From Phycisphaerales bacterium (GTDB lineage: Bacteria; Planctomycetota; Phycisphaerae; WQYP01): a stretch of DNA of 40,361 bases. The notes beneath the pieces are model-generated. The model had not been told where the DNA came from, made no database searches, and worked only from the letters and a program-made list of their open reading frames with translations. Shown here one piece after another: positions 1-8,591 of this stretch. A program made the translations under genes and the position numbers. The stretch's first letter is position 1. Every line of letters begins with the position of its first letter. The stretch spans positions 1-40,361 of the forward strand of contig DAIDJN010000086.1 in assembly GCA_027451365.1 (NCBI GenBank), written 5' to 3'.

Positions 1-181
1 GACACGAACCTTTCTCTCTGGGGTCCTCAATTGCTCTCTCAAGATTTGAGTTAGTTCGCATCCTTGCGGCTCTCGTACTCTTGAGTTATTGACCGACCCA
101 AAATAACTCCGGTTACTCACCGATTCCCAGAAACATTCCGGGAAAAAGCCGGTGGCCACCACAAAACTCCATTTGCCTTAT

Positions 182-197
182 TGCAACTTCCATGCCA
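182..197 (-). promoter_or_regulatory. Putative sigma54 (-24/-12) promoter for a gene starting at or just beyond the left edge
   Basis: The minus strand reads TGGCATGGAAGTTGCA, with GG-N10-GC spacing matching the TGGCACG-N4-TTGCW consensus. An SD-like GAAAGG lies near position 10 on the minus strand. Confidence 0.6.
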
Positions 198-686
198 AAG
201 GCAACGCGGATACCGAATCCGACTAATTTTTAACCAAAGTGTGCACCACGCACTTACGAATTGTGGCGCTCACTCACCCTTAACGCTGGAGAATTCTAAT
301 TCAGGATGGCACGATTTGCAAGTAAAAAATTAAAATAAACGCATTTTTCTCTAATGCGTATAAAAGTGGCATTTCTCATATTGCTGTCGCCACTTTTTCA
401 GGACTATGAGTGCGGCATGTCTGCCAACGCCCGAAAATATTTCCCCGCCTATCCATCGTGGGCCTGCTTTTTAAGCATAATAGATCGGGGAAATCATTCG
501 CTGTTGGTATCAAATGCCGTTTGCTGCCCGTTATTTTTGGACTTACCTGCCAGTTATCCTGACTCTGCTTATTAAGTTATGAATATTTGAACCTGCGGCC
601 ATGCCTCTTGTTTCAACACGGCGGTAATCGTCCCGCAAATATCAGACAGGCCCGGGCCGCGTTTGTCAGTTCTTTCCATGGCTCGA

Positions 687-742
687 CCTCTGCATCCCCT
701 GCGGTGAATTTTAACCACAGAGGACGCCGGGTAACGCAGAGG
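687..742. repeat. Degenerate REP-like inverted repeat (AACCACAGAG..ACGCAGAG type)
   Basis: CTCTGCATCCCCTGCGGTGAA is followed by TTAACCACAGAGGACGCCGGG..ACGCAGAGG, forming an imperfect inverted pair in intergenic DNA. Confidence 0.45.
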
Positions 743-1025
743 ATAATAATTAAGTGACCATTCGTTTGATGCTGTTCTAAGTCGTCGCGTTCTCTATCGT
801 ATTTTCCAGGAATCAGGGGTCATCCCGCAGGGAAATTTCCCACGGATGCGGTTGGTCGGACGCATACCTAAAACAGGAGAGTGTGGACTCTATATCCACG
901 GCGGCGGCATTGTTTTTCGGGCCAGACGCCTGGTGCCAGACCGCCATGGGCGGGCGAAGAAGCTCGCCGACGCGCCTCATCGTGCGAGTTGTCATGACAC
1001 TGTCCGCGGATTTTCAAATGCCGCC

Positions 1026-2117
1026 TTACGGCTGATGCACCGGATGCGGCATGACATATGTAAATCCATAACTATGGTGCGGATACCGCAAGGATTCTAT
1101 CCAAGCCACGATTCGCTTCGTGTTCACCCGTCGACTGACCGGGCCGGCTTTCTTGCCCGGATGGCGGTATGCCGCCACATCAGGATTAGCCACATATTGT
1201 AAAATCAGTGACATGTTCGGATTATCCTGATTCACCAGCGGCTGGCCCTTGTATCGATAATGGGTAAGAATATAAAAATTCGTATAGGTCTGACGCACAT
1301 TCGGCACGCCACCGGCACCGAACAGTTTAAAGCCACTGAAATCCTGGCCACGGTGACAACCAATCGTTGAGCAGCTTTGCAGAACGAAGGGCTGAATATA
1401 TGTGCGGTACGTGCGCAATGCGTCGGGATCACTTTGAATTTCAATTTTGCTTAAAACGGTCGGATTGCCGAACCGCCGCATCAGTTGGATCTGGCGTTTA
1501 AGATTGGTCGGGCTGATGAACTCTTCATAATCCAGCCGGGTGGGGGGCGGATTCTGGTAACGCCGATTCAGCAGAATGTGCTCATGCCAGAATTTGTTCA
1601 GGGTTTTGGTGCGATCCAGAATCAGGCCCTGAAGCGGGGCTGTTTCATGCCGCGTTAATTCCCAGAGTCGAACCAAATAAATCTGTTTCATGGTCAGCAA
1701 CTTATGAACCGGCTCGCTGGTGGCCGCCGCCGGACCGGCCTGTGTGCCCGCCGCGGCTCCGGTGCCCATTTTCCGGCTTATGAGCCGCTTAAGCAGATGG
1801 GCGTCCTGCAGTTGCGGGTTAATCGCCAGCGCCTGGTTTACAAGTGCCAAGGCGCGCCTGTATTCACGGTGGTTGTAAAGAAGTGTGGCAAGGTTGACCC
1901 GCTCCACCGCATCATTCGGTGTCAATTTCGCTTCCCGGGCGGCAATTTTCTGATCAAACGCCTGGTCCGCGCGAACGTTGCCTTGCGTGGCGAACAAAAC
2001 TCCCGTGGCCAGTAAAAGCATTGCGGCCCGTTGCCAGCCGGTTGTGCCCCGTAGCCGGCTTAACGGGCTTTGGTTAAACAAACATTTTCCGGTCAAGAAC
2101 TTCTGAACTCGCGCCAT
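1026..2117 (-). CDS. Exported protein with an N-terminal TPR and a C-terminal planctomycete-type CX4CH (putative heme c) domain
   Basis: Signal-like segment (MLLLATGVLFATQGNVRA). TPR-like helix pair (LATLLYNHREYRRALALVNQALAINP). Motifs CSTIGCH, then PNMSLIL..HPG..WI. SD GAAAGGA upstream. Confidence 0.65.
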   Translation of the reverse strand: MARVQKFLTGKCLFNQSPLSRLRGTTGWQRAAMLLLATGVLFATQGNVRADQAFDQKIAAREAKLTPNDAVERVNLATLLYNHREYRRALALVNQALAINPQLQDAHLLKRLISRKMGTGAAAGTQAGPAAATSEPVHKLLTMKQIYLVRLWELTRHETAPLQGLILDRTKTLNKFWHEHILLNRRYQNPPPTRLDYEEFISPTNLKRQIQLMRRFGNPTVLSKIEIQSDPDALRTYRTYIQPFVLQSCSTIGCHRGQDFSGFKLFGAGGVPNVRQTYTNFYILTHYRYKGQPLVNQDNPNMSLILQYVANPDVAAYRHPGKKAGPVSRRVNTKRIVAWIESLRYPHHSYGFTYVMPHPVHQP

Positions 2118-2293
2118 GGAAGATTCCTTTCAAAAGCCCGATCCGGTTTTACCCGGTGCGAAGGAAAGGCCTGCCGCACCAGTCCGCCGGACCCATTTAC
2201 CCCTGAATTTCCGCCGTTCACCCGAACAGGCCGGTTTCCATTTCAGGCACTATAATCGTACCATCGCACGGTCTCAACAAACAGGCGGAAAGG

Positions 2294-2584
2294 ATGGCAA
2301 TGGAAAACAAGGCACAAACCGATCCACTGGACATCTGGCGTGGCCGGATTGTAATCCTGGATACGCCGGGGCCGCTTATTTATATCGGCACACTGGGCGA
2401 TCTTCACGCAGAGGTTTTGCTGCTTCATGAAGCCGATGTGCACGATACGCAGGATAGCGGCTCAACCAAGGAATATTATATCGCCCAGACCCGTGAACTT
2501 GGCGTTCGGTCCAATCGTGCCAAGGTCATGGTGCGTCGCGAAATAATCGCCTCCATCAGCTTACTGGAGGATGTCCGCACCTGA
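2294..2584 (+). CDS. Small conserved hypothetical protein, probable Sm/LSm-like fold
   Basis: 96 aa. The pattern GRIVILDT..IYIGTL..VLLLHEAD..KVMVRREIIASIS resembles Sm1/Sm2 motifs. SD-like GGAAAGG upstream (start may be the second ATG, 2300). Confidence 0.65.
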   Translation: MAMENKAQTDPLDIWRGRIVILDTPGPLIYIGTLGDLHAEVLLLHEADVHDTQDSGSTKEYYIAQTRELGVRSNRAKVMVRREIIASISLLEDVRT

Positions 2585-2689
2585 CAACGCTCCGGCTTGC
2601 CCGTCCCCGGCAGTTGGCAATGTACACGACGATTAAAGCCGAAAGGAAATTAACTGGGGCCGGCCGTTGTCGGTTACCAAACGCGTCTG

Positions 2690-2743
2690 GGGGACGGGCG
2701 TCTCGCCCGCCTTGTATTCCGAAGTCATGCAAGATGCCCAACC
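2690..2743. repeat. Degenerate REP-like doublet related to the 5490 and 9178 repeats
   Basis: Contains the hairpin GACGGGCGTCTCGCCCGCC and CATGCAAGATGCCCAACC, which resemble the arms GCGGGCGTCCCGCCTGC and CAGGCAAGATGCCCGCACC. Confidence 0.45.
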
Positions 2744-2815
2744 TTCGGAATTGCCACCATGACCAGTTAATGGTTCGGCTTCTGAAGTAAATGGCAATCG
2801 GTTATTCTTATTCCC

Positions 2816-4504
2816 ATGAAACGGACGCTGCTTTTTCCTACTATACTTCTGTTGTTAGTCGGTTTTGGTTGTTTTTTTCTTTCCGCATCAGCCGCCAGCA
2901 GGCGTGGTGCCATCGTGTTTTGTGAGGCCGGTCAAATTCACACGCTGGATCCGCAGCGTATGACCTGGATGCAGGATATCCGCGTTGCCCTGGGACTATG
3001 GGAGGGGTTGACCCAATACAATCCGAAAACTCTGGAACCCATGCCCGGCATTGCGGAAAAATGGACTCTATCACCGGACGGCCGCACATATCATTTCTAT
3101 TTGCGGAGCGGTGCCCGTTGGTCAAATGGTGATCCGGTTACGGCCCAGAATTTTGTTTTCTCGTGGCGGCGCATGCTGCATCCATCCACAGCGGGTGGGT
3201 ATGTGGCTCTTTATTTTCATTTGGCCGGTGCCCGTGCCTATTTTTATTCGCTGGTGCATCATCCGCGGCATCATCTGGCCTTTTCCACCGTGGGCGTACA
3301 GGCTCGCGGCCCCCACGAACTGGTGGTCCATTTGACTCGGCCATGCGGATATTTTCTTTCGCTGATGGCCTTTCCCCCATTTTTCCCGCTGGATGCCGGA
3401 TCCATGCAGCGATTTTTAACCCACACGGGCGGTTTTGTGCATTACAACGCCCGCTGGACACGGCCGCCCTGGCTGGTTACTGACGGCCCTTATTACCTGG
3501 CAGACTGGCGGTTTCATGAATATCTGCTGCTTAAACCGAATCCATATTATTACGATCGAACCGCCGTGCACTGTCGGCGTCTGCTCGTGGAAAATTATCC
3601 AGATGCTCAGTCCGCGTTTCTGGCATACCAAAGCGGGACGGTGAATGTTCTGTCATTTATTCCGGGGAATTTCGCGCCCGCGCTTCTTCATCTGGAAGCT
3701 GCCGGTGCGCGGCATGATGTGCATTACCGTCCGGTATTCGGCACCTGGTTCATGGATATTAATTGTCTGCGCCCGCCTCTGAACGACCGGCGCGTGCGGC
3801 AAGCTTTGGCCATGGCCATTAACAAGCAGGCGATTGTGGAAGATGTGTTGCGCCTGCCCGAGCGGCCGGTAAATGTTCTTGTTCCACCAGATTCGATACC
3901 CGGTTACCGGAGTCCGGCCGGGATAGGCTATAACCCGGCCGGGGCGCGCAAGCTCCTTCGGCAGGCTGGCTTTCCCGGCGGGCGGGGTTTGCGGCGACTG
4001 AAATTTCTGATTATCGGCGGCGGTCAGACCGCCGAAGCACGGATTGCTCAGGCGGTGGCGCACATGTGGCAAAAGCGACTTGGGATACGGACGCGGATTG
4101 TACAGGAGGAAAGCAAAATTTTTCATGAAGACACGGTGAATCATAATTTTGATGTGGATTTAAGCGGCTGGTATGGCGATTATCGTGATCCGACTACCTG
4201 GTTGAACCTGTTCCGGGCATCAAATCCGAACAATCACACCGGTCTGAATTCCCGGCGTTATGAAGCGCTCATGCGGGAGGCCTCGCGAACGGTGGATCCG
4301 CAAAATCGGCTGGCGGTGCTGTCGGCCGCGGAAAAACTGTTAGTGTCGGATTTGATACCCGCCATTCCGCTTTACCAGGCCAGCGATGGTTATATGTACA
4401 ATCGGAATCGAATTGGCGGCATCAGGCCGAATGTGCAGTTGATTACGCTTTTTAAGTACATTCACTGGCGAAACCATTCCGGGGTGGCGGGGGCGGTCCG
4501 ATGA
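2816..4504 (+). CDS. oppA: Oligopeptide ABC transporter substrate-binding protein (family 5)
   Basis: N-terminal hydrophobic segment. Motifs TLDP, LWEGL, PGIAEKW.LSPDG.TY.F.LR, WSNGDPVTA.NF..SW, GPY, D.RVRQALAMAINK, GWYGDY.DP. Confidence 0.92.
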   Translation: MKRTLLFPTILLLLVGFGCFFLSASAASRRGAIVFCEAGQIHTLDPQRMTWMQDIRVALGLWEGLTQYNPKTLEPMPGIAEKWTLSPDGRTYHFYLRSGARWSNGDPVTAQNFVFSWRRMLHPSTAGGYVALYFHLAGARAYFYSLVHHPRHHLAFSTVGVQARGPHELVVHLTRPCGYFLSLMAFPPFFPLDAGSMQRFLTHTGGFVHYNARWTRPPWLVTDGPYYLADWRFHEYLLLKPNPYYYDRTAVHCRRLLVENYPDAQSAFLAYQSGTVNVLSFIPGNFAPALLHLEAAGARHDVHYRPVFGTWFMDINCLRPPLNDRRVRQALAMAINKQAIVEDVLRLPERPVNVLVPPDSIPGYRSPAGIGYNPAGARKLLRQAGFPGGRGLRRLKFLIIGGGQTAEARIAQAVAHMWQKRLGIRTRIVQEESKIFHEDTVNHNFDVDLSGWYGDYRDPTTWLNLFRASNPNNHTGLNSRRYEALMREASRTVDPQNRLAVLSAAEKLLVSDLIPAIPLYQASDGYMYNRNRIGGIRPNVQLITLFKYIHWRNHSGVAGAVR

Positions 4505-5418
4505 AAATGTATATTCTTCGCCGGCTGGTCCAGTCCGTGCTGGTCATATTTCTGGTTTATAGCGCAACCTTCTGGCTGCTTATGGCCACCCCGGGCGATC
4601 CATTTCTGGGCCATAAAATGCCACCCGCCGCCATTCTCGCAGCGCTTAAGGCCCGCTACGGATTAAATGACCCGGTGCACGCATGGCTGGCCTATATGTG
4701 GCGGATTATCATGCACGGCGACATGGGGCCTACCATCAGTTATGAAAACTGGACAGTACTGGATGTGATTCGTTCCACGCTGCCGGTTTCCATGGCGCTG
4801 GGGGCGATGGCGCTGTTGATCGGTCTGTGGTTCGGAGTTGCGGCGGGACTCATGGGGGCGATTTACCGCGGCCGCTGGCCGGACCTGGCCATGACCGTGT
4901 TTTCACTGCTGGGAATATCTTTGCCGACATTTGTGATTGGGTCTGGGCTGCTGATGCTGTTTTCGGTAAGCCTGGCGGTGCTTCCAGCGGGCGGGTGGGG
5001 AACTTTTTCTCAGCTTGTGCTGCCCGCAATTACGCTTTCCATACCCTATTTGGCATATATTGCGCGCCTTACACGGGGAAGTGTGCTGGATGTCGCATCG
5101 GCGGATTATATCCGCACCGCGCGGGCCAAGGGTGTTGGTGCGGCGGGGGTGCTGACCGGTCATCTGCTGCCAAATGCTTCCATACCGGTATTAACCTTTT
5201 TGGGACCGGCAACGGCGGGTGTGCTGACGGGATCATTCGTGGTTGAAAAACTGTTCGCCATTCCCGGCCTCGGGCAGGTGTTTGTGAACGCCTGCCTGGA
5301 TAAAGACATTCCACTGGTTCTGGGTACGGTATTGGTGTACACCGCGTTGCTGGTGCTGCTGAATCTGGTGGTGGATATTTTATGTGCCATCGCCGACCCG
5401 CGCATACGCCTGGGTTGA
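4501..5418 (+). CDS. oppB: Oligopeptide ABC transporter permease
   Basis: YILRRL start, PGDP, EAA-like loop DYIRTARAKG, GSFVVEKLFAIPGLG, C-terminal DPRIR. ATGA overlap with oppA. Confidence 0.92.
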   Translation: MKMYILRRLVQSVLVIFLVYSATFWLLMATPGDPFLGHKMPPAAILAALKARYGLNDPVHAWLAYMWRIIMHGDMGPTISYENWTVLDVIRSTLPVSMALGAMALLIGLWFGVAAGLMGAIYRGRWPDLAMTVFSLLGISLPTFVIGSGLLMLFSVSLAVLPAGGWGTFSQLVLPAITLSIPYLAYIARLTRGSVLDVASADYIRTARAKGVGAAGVLTGHLLPNASIPVLTFLGPATAGVLTGSFVVEKLFAIPGLGQVFVNACLDKDIPLVLGTVLVYTALLVLLNLVVDILCAIADPRIRLG

Positions 5419-5434
5419 AGGTCGCAACACGGGA

Positions 5435-5663
5435 GGGTGTGCCCGTTTTTGTCGGGAAGTGGAAGGATGGCGCCATAGTGGGTGGGGCTGTTTGTGGTGC
5501 GGGCGTCCCGCCTGCATCCCCGTACGCCGCGGGTCTGCACCACATGGGTTTAAGCGAGCAGGCAAGATGCCCGCACCACAAACAATAGGAACGCTTTCTG
5601 GGCATACCAATTGTTTTGGGGCAGCCCAAGGCGAAAAGCGTCCCGACCAAAGCGGGCACACCC
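5435..5663. mobile_element. 229-bp non-autonomous MITE-like element with 23-bp imperfect TIRs and an 8-bp target-site duplication
   Basis: Left end GGGTGTGCCCGTTTTTGTCGGGA (5435-5457) versus the reverse complement of the right end, GGGTGTGCCCGCTTTGGTCGGGA (5641-5663): 21/23 identical. ACACGGGA flanks both sides (5427-5434 and 5664-5671). Confidence 0.8.
5490..5583. repeat. REP doublet (REPIN-like) nested in the MITE
   Basis: Inverted arms GTTTGTGGTGCGGGCGTCCCGCCTGC and GCAGGCAAGATGCCCGCACCACAAAC, each with an internal hairpin. The reverse complement aligns with 9255-9345. Confidence 0.8.
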
Positions 5664-5679
5664 ACACGGGAAAGTTGAA

Positions 5680-6147
5680 TTATTTGATTTCCGCCAGCGC
5701 CGCAAGCACTTCGGCATAATGGTCGGACACCTTTACTTTGGAAAATATGCGGCCGATTCGACCTTGGGAATCAATCAAAAACGTGGATCGTTCAATTCCC
5801 ATATATTTGCGGCCATACATTGATTTTTCCACCCACACGCCATATTTTTCTGCCACCGCATGATCCACATCCGCAAGCAATGGAAATGGAAGGCTGAATT
5901 TTTTCAGGAACTTTTCATGGCTGGCCACATCATCCGGACTTACCCCCAGAATCACGGCACCGGCTTTTTTTATGTCCGCGATGCCATCGCGAAACTGGCA
6001 CGCCTCTTTCGTGCAACCCGGTGTGTCATCTTTCGGGTAAAAATACAGGACAACTTTACTACCCGGGAATTGTTTTAAGCTGATCTTCTGGCCCGTGGTG
6101 GCTGGAAGGGAAAAGGGCGGGGCGGGATCATGAATTTTCAGTTCCAT
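5680..6147 (-). CDS. bcp: Thioredoxin-dependent thiol peroxidase (BCP/PrxQ)
   Basis: Signature VVLYFYPKDDTPGCTKEAC; also GVSPD, FPLLAD, RSTFLID. Confidence 0.95.
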   Translation of the reverse strand: MELKIHDPAPPFSLPATTGQKISLKQFPGSKVVLYFYPKDDTPGCTKEACQFRDGIADIKKAGAVILGVSPDDVASHEKFLKKFSLPFPLLADVDHAVAEKYGVWVEKSMYGRKYMGIERSTFLIDSQGRIGRIFSKVKVSDHYAEVLAALAEIK

Positions 6148-6235
6148 TCGGTTCCTTCACGCAATAAACGTTCACGGGCTGGCCGCATGATTTGCGGTAC
6201 GGCCGGAATTATATCAGGCAGATGGATAAATAAAA

Positions 6236-7534
6236 TCAGACAATGCCGCCGGCGTTTACATGGTTCGGCGGGGGCGGCAATCCGAGCGCGGCCTGCAGAT
6301 CATCACACAGGCGGCCACAGAGAATTTCCTGGCTCATGGTCTCGCGAAGAACCCGCTGGGCACAGCGACCCATTTCCGCAAGCTGATTTTGCGGCGTGGC
6401 CTGAATTTCCAGCAGCACACGGACGGCTCCGGCCACATCCCCATGGGCAATGTGCCAGCCGATGGGATAATGGTCCAGAATGTCCGATACGTGGCTCGGC
6501 TTCGGGCCAAGAAACAGAATTGGGCGCCCCGCCGCCATGGCACCGTATATCTTGCATGGATGGATAATGCCGACCATATTGTCCCCCAGCGACACAATAT
6601 GAACATCCGCCGCGGAAAGGGAGAATTTGATCTGGTCCAGCGGCTGATACGGCAGGGAAAGCATATTTTGCAGATGATGCTCCGTTTTTACGGCCTCGAC
6701 CTCCTTTTTTCCCAGTCCGCCGCCAATGAAAGCAAAGCGGATCACGGGGTGATCTTTAAGTTCAATCGCGGCCTGCAGAATTGTGGCCAGTGGATTCGCC
6801 GGCGTATGATTCCCACTGTACATCACTACAAATTTTCCGGTCAGACCATGTTCCAGGCGAAAAGGGTTGTTGTCATGATGCCGCATTTCACCGGCAACGT
6901 CATGCGACCATGGAGGGGCTACAGGCATTTTGGCGGAAAATGTGCCTCGCTTTTTCAGCCGGTCCGCCATGAAGCGATCCAGTGCGAAAATCACGGCGGA
7001 ATTGCGCAAAATGACGCGATTAACTGTTTCCAGAAGCCTGGCCCGCAGGCTGTGCTGCCGGATTTTTCCCATCATAATCAACTGGTCGGGATTCAGATCC
7101 ATAGCCCAGTAGGCTATGGGAACACGTCGCAACTTTTTCAGGCAGACCGCGGTGAATCCCATCATGGGCGGCGACGTGCTGAAGAAAATTCCGCTGACCC
7201 GCGGCGTAAACAGGCCCGCGAAAAAGCTTTGAATTAAAAAGCTGGCCGTGCCCACAATCCGGATCAGCAGGTTTTTCTTCCCGAAAGAGCACCATCGCAT
7301 CCGCCGCACATCCACGCCCTTCATGTTTTCCCGCAGCGGGTATCGCCGGCTGGGGTCTTCATAGCCGCGCTGGGATGTATAGACGCGCACGCGATAGCCT
7401 CGGCTGGCCATGGCCACTGCAACATCCGTCATGTGCTGGCCGACGGAAGCCGGGTCGGGAACAAAAGTCTGCGAAAAAATAAGCAGCAGGGGCGCCTGTT
7501 CGGAGATGGCTGGTGAAGGCTGACGGTCGGTCAT
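6236..7534 (-). CDS. Glycosyltransferase family 4 (WbuB-like)
   Basis: SQTFVPD, TSPP, W.MDL.PD, VVMYSGN, PCKIYGAMAAGRPI; typical of GT4 WbuB-like enzymes. Confidence 0.88.
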   Translation of the reverse strand: MTDRQPSPAISEQAPLLLIFSQTFVPDPASVGQHMTDVAVAMASRGYRVRVYTSQRGYEDPSRRYPLRENMKGVDVRRMRWCSFGKKNLLIRIVGTASFLIQSFFAGLFTPRVSGIFFSTSPPMMGFTAVCLKKLRRVPIAYWAMDLNPDQLIMMGKIRQHSLRARLLETVNRVILRNSAVIFALDRFMADRLKKRGTFSAKMPVAPPWSHDVAGEMRHHDNNPFRLEHGLTGKFVVMYSGNHTPANPLATILQAAIELKDHPVIRFAFIGGGLGKKEVEAVKTEHHLQNMLSLPYQPLDQIKFSLSAADVHIVSLGDNMVGIIHPCKIYGAMAAGRPILFLGPKPSHVSDILDHYPIGWHIAHGDVAGAVRVLLEIQATPQNQLAEMGRCAQRVLRETMSQEILCGRLCDDLQAALGLPPPPNHVNAGGIV

Positions 7535-7592
7535 GGCTTAATCCGGCTGGCATGCTGAAAAGTGGGGCGATTTTCCCGAAAAATCCGCCGGC

Positions 7593-8591
7593 TCACACAA
7601 CTTTGCGGGCATTTTTGTCGGTCATCTGGTTGTATATCCATGCATAGGTGGCTTCCAGACCGGTGCGGAGTTTTACTGAAGGTTCCCAGCCCATGAGTTT
7701 TTGAATAAGGGTGTTGTCGCTGTTGCGGCCATTGACGCCCTTGGGTGCCGTCAGGTTGTATTTGCGGCGCAATTTGATGCCCGCAATGCTTTCAACAATA
7801 TCCACCAAGCCATTGATGGTGACAATTTCACTGCTGCCCAGATTGATAGGCTCTATAATATTGCTCCACAGGATGTCCTGGGTACCTTTAAGGCAGTCCG
7901 ATATATACATAAAACTGCGAGTCTGATGGCCATCGCCCCAGATTTCAATTTCATGTTTTCCGGACAGTTTGGCGGAAATGACTTTGCGGCAGATTGCCGC
8001 AGGCGCCTTTTCCCGGCCACCATCCCAGGTTCCGTGCGGACCATAGACATTGTGGTAACGGGCCACCCGGGTGACGATATTAAAATCTTCACGGAAATGC
8101 CGGCACATGCGTTCGCTGAAAAGCTTTTCCCAACCGTAGCCATCTTCCGGCATGGCGGGATAGGCATCGGCCTCTTTAAGGGGTATGACATCTGGTGAAA
8201 TCTGCTTTTCACCATTGTAGACGCAGGCAGATGAGGCGTAGAAAAAGCGATGGATGCCGCAGTCTTTGGCCGCCATAAGCAGGTGGGTGTTAATGAGCAC
8301 GCTTAACATGCAAAGGGCTTTATGGGTTTCAATAAATCCCATTCCGCCCATGTCCGCGGCAAGATTGTACACGTGCGCGGAATCCTTAAGGGCTTTGTAG
8401 CAGGCCGGCTTTTCGGAAAGGTCAAGCTGCAGGTTTTCCGCATTGGGAAATATCTGATACCACTGGTCCAATGGTTTCTGATCCACTGCGCGGACATGTT
8501 TATAACCTTGTGCCAGCAGGTCGCCAACGAGATGACCGCCAATAAAGCCGCCTGCGCCACATACCACAACTCTTTGATTTAAGTCTTTCAC
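7593..8591 (-). CDS. NAD-dependent epimerase, GDP-mannose 3,5-epimerase-like
   Basis: GAGGFIG, NLAADMGGMGFI, YASSACVY, YGWEK, GTWDGGREKAPAAICRK, IWGDG.QTRSF. GTG start with AAGGA SD. Confidence 0.9.
   Translation of the reverse strand: MKDLNQRVVVCGAGGFIGGHLVGDLLAQGYKHVRAVDQKPLDQWYQIFPNAENLQLDLSEKPACYKALKDSAHVYNLAADMGGMGFIETHKALCMLSVLINTHLLMAAKDCGIHRFFYASSACVYNGEKQISPDVIPLKEADAYPAMPEDGYGWEKLFSERMCRHFREDFNIVTRVARYHNVYGPHGTWDGGREKAPAAICRKVISAKLSGKHEIEIWGDGHQTRSFMYISDCLKGTQDILWSNIIEPINLGSSEIVTINGLVDIVESIAGIKLRRKYNLTAPKGVNGRNSDNTLIQKLMGWEPSVKLRTGLEATYAWIYNQMTDKNARKVV

Noticed and set aside
307..320. TGGCACGATTTGCA as a plus-strand sigma54 promoter
   Set aside because: Spacing is GG-N8-GC rather than the strictly required GG-N10-GC.
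354..575. 73-aa ORF in the AT-rich region
   Set aside because: No SD or recognisable motif; more likely regulatory DNA.
5069..5719. Several 68-198-aa ORFs over the MITE (and similar ones at 9032-9705) sharing CGAGVPPA/WCGRPAC peptides
   Set aside because: The shared peptides are just translations of the REP DNA repeat; there is no coding signal.
6260..7237. 325-aa plus-strand ORF
   Set aside because: Antisense shadow of the GT4 gene, with no motifs.
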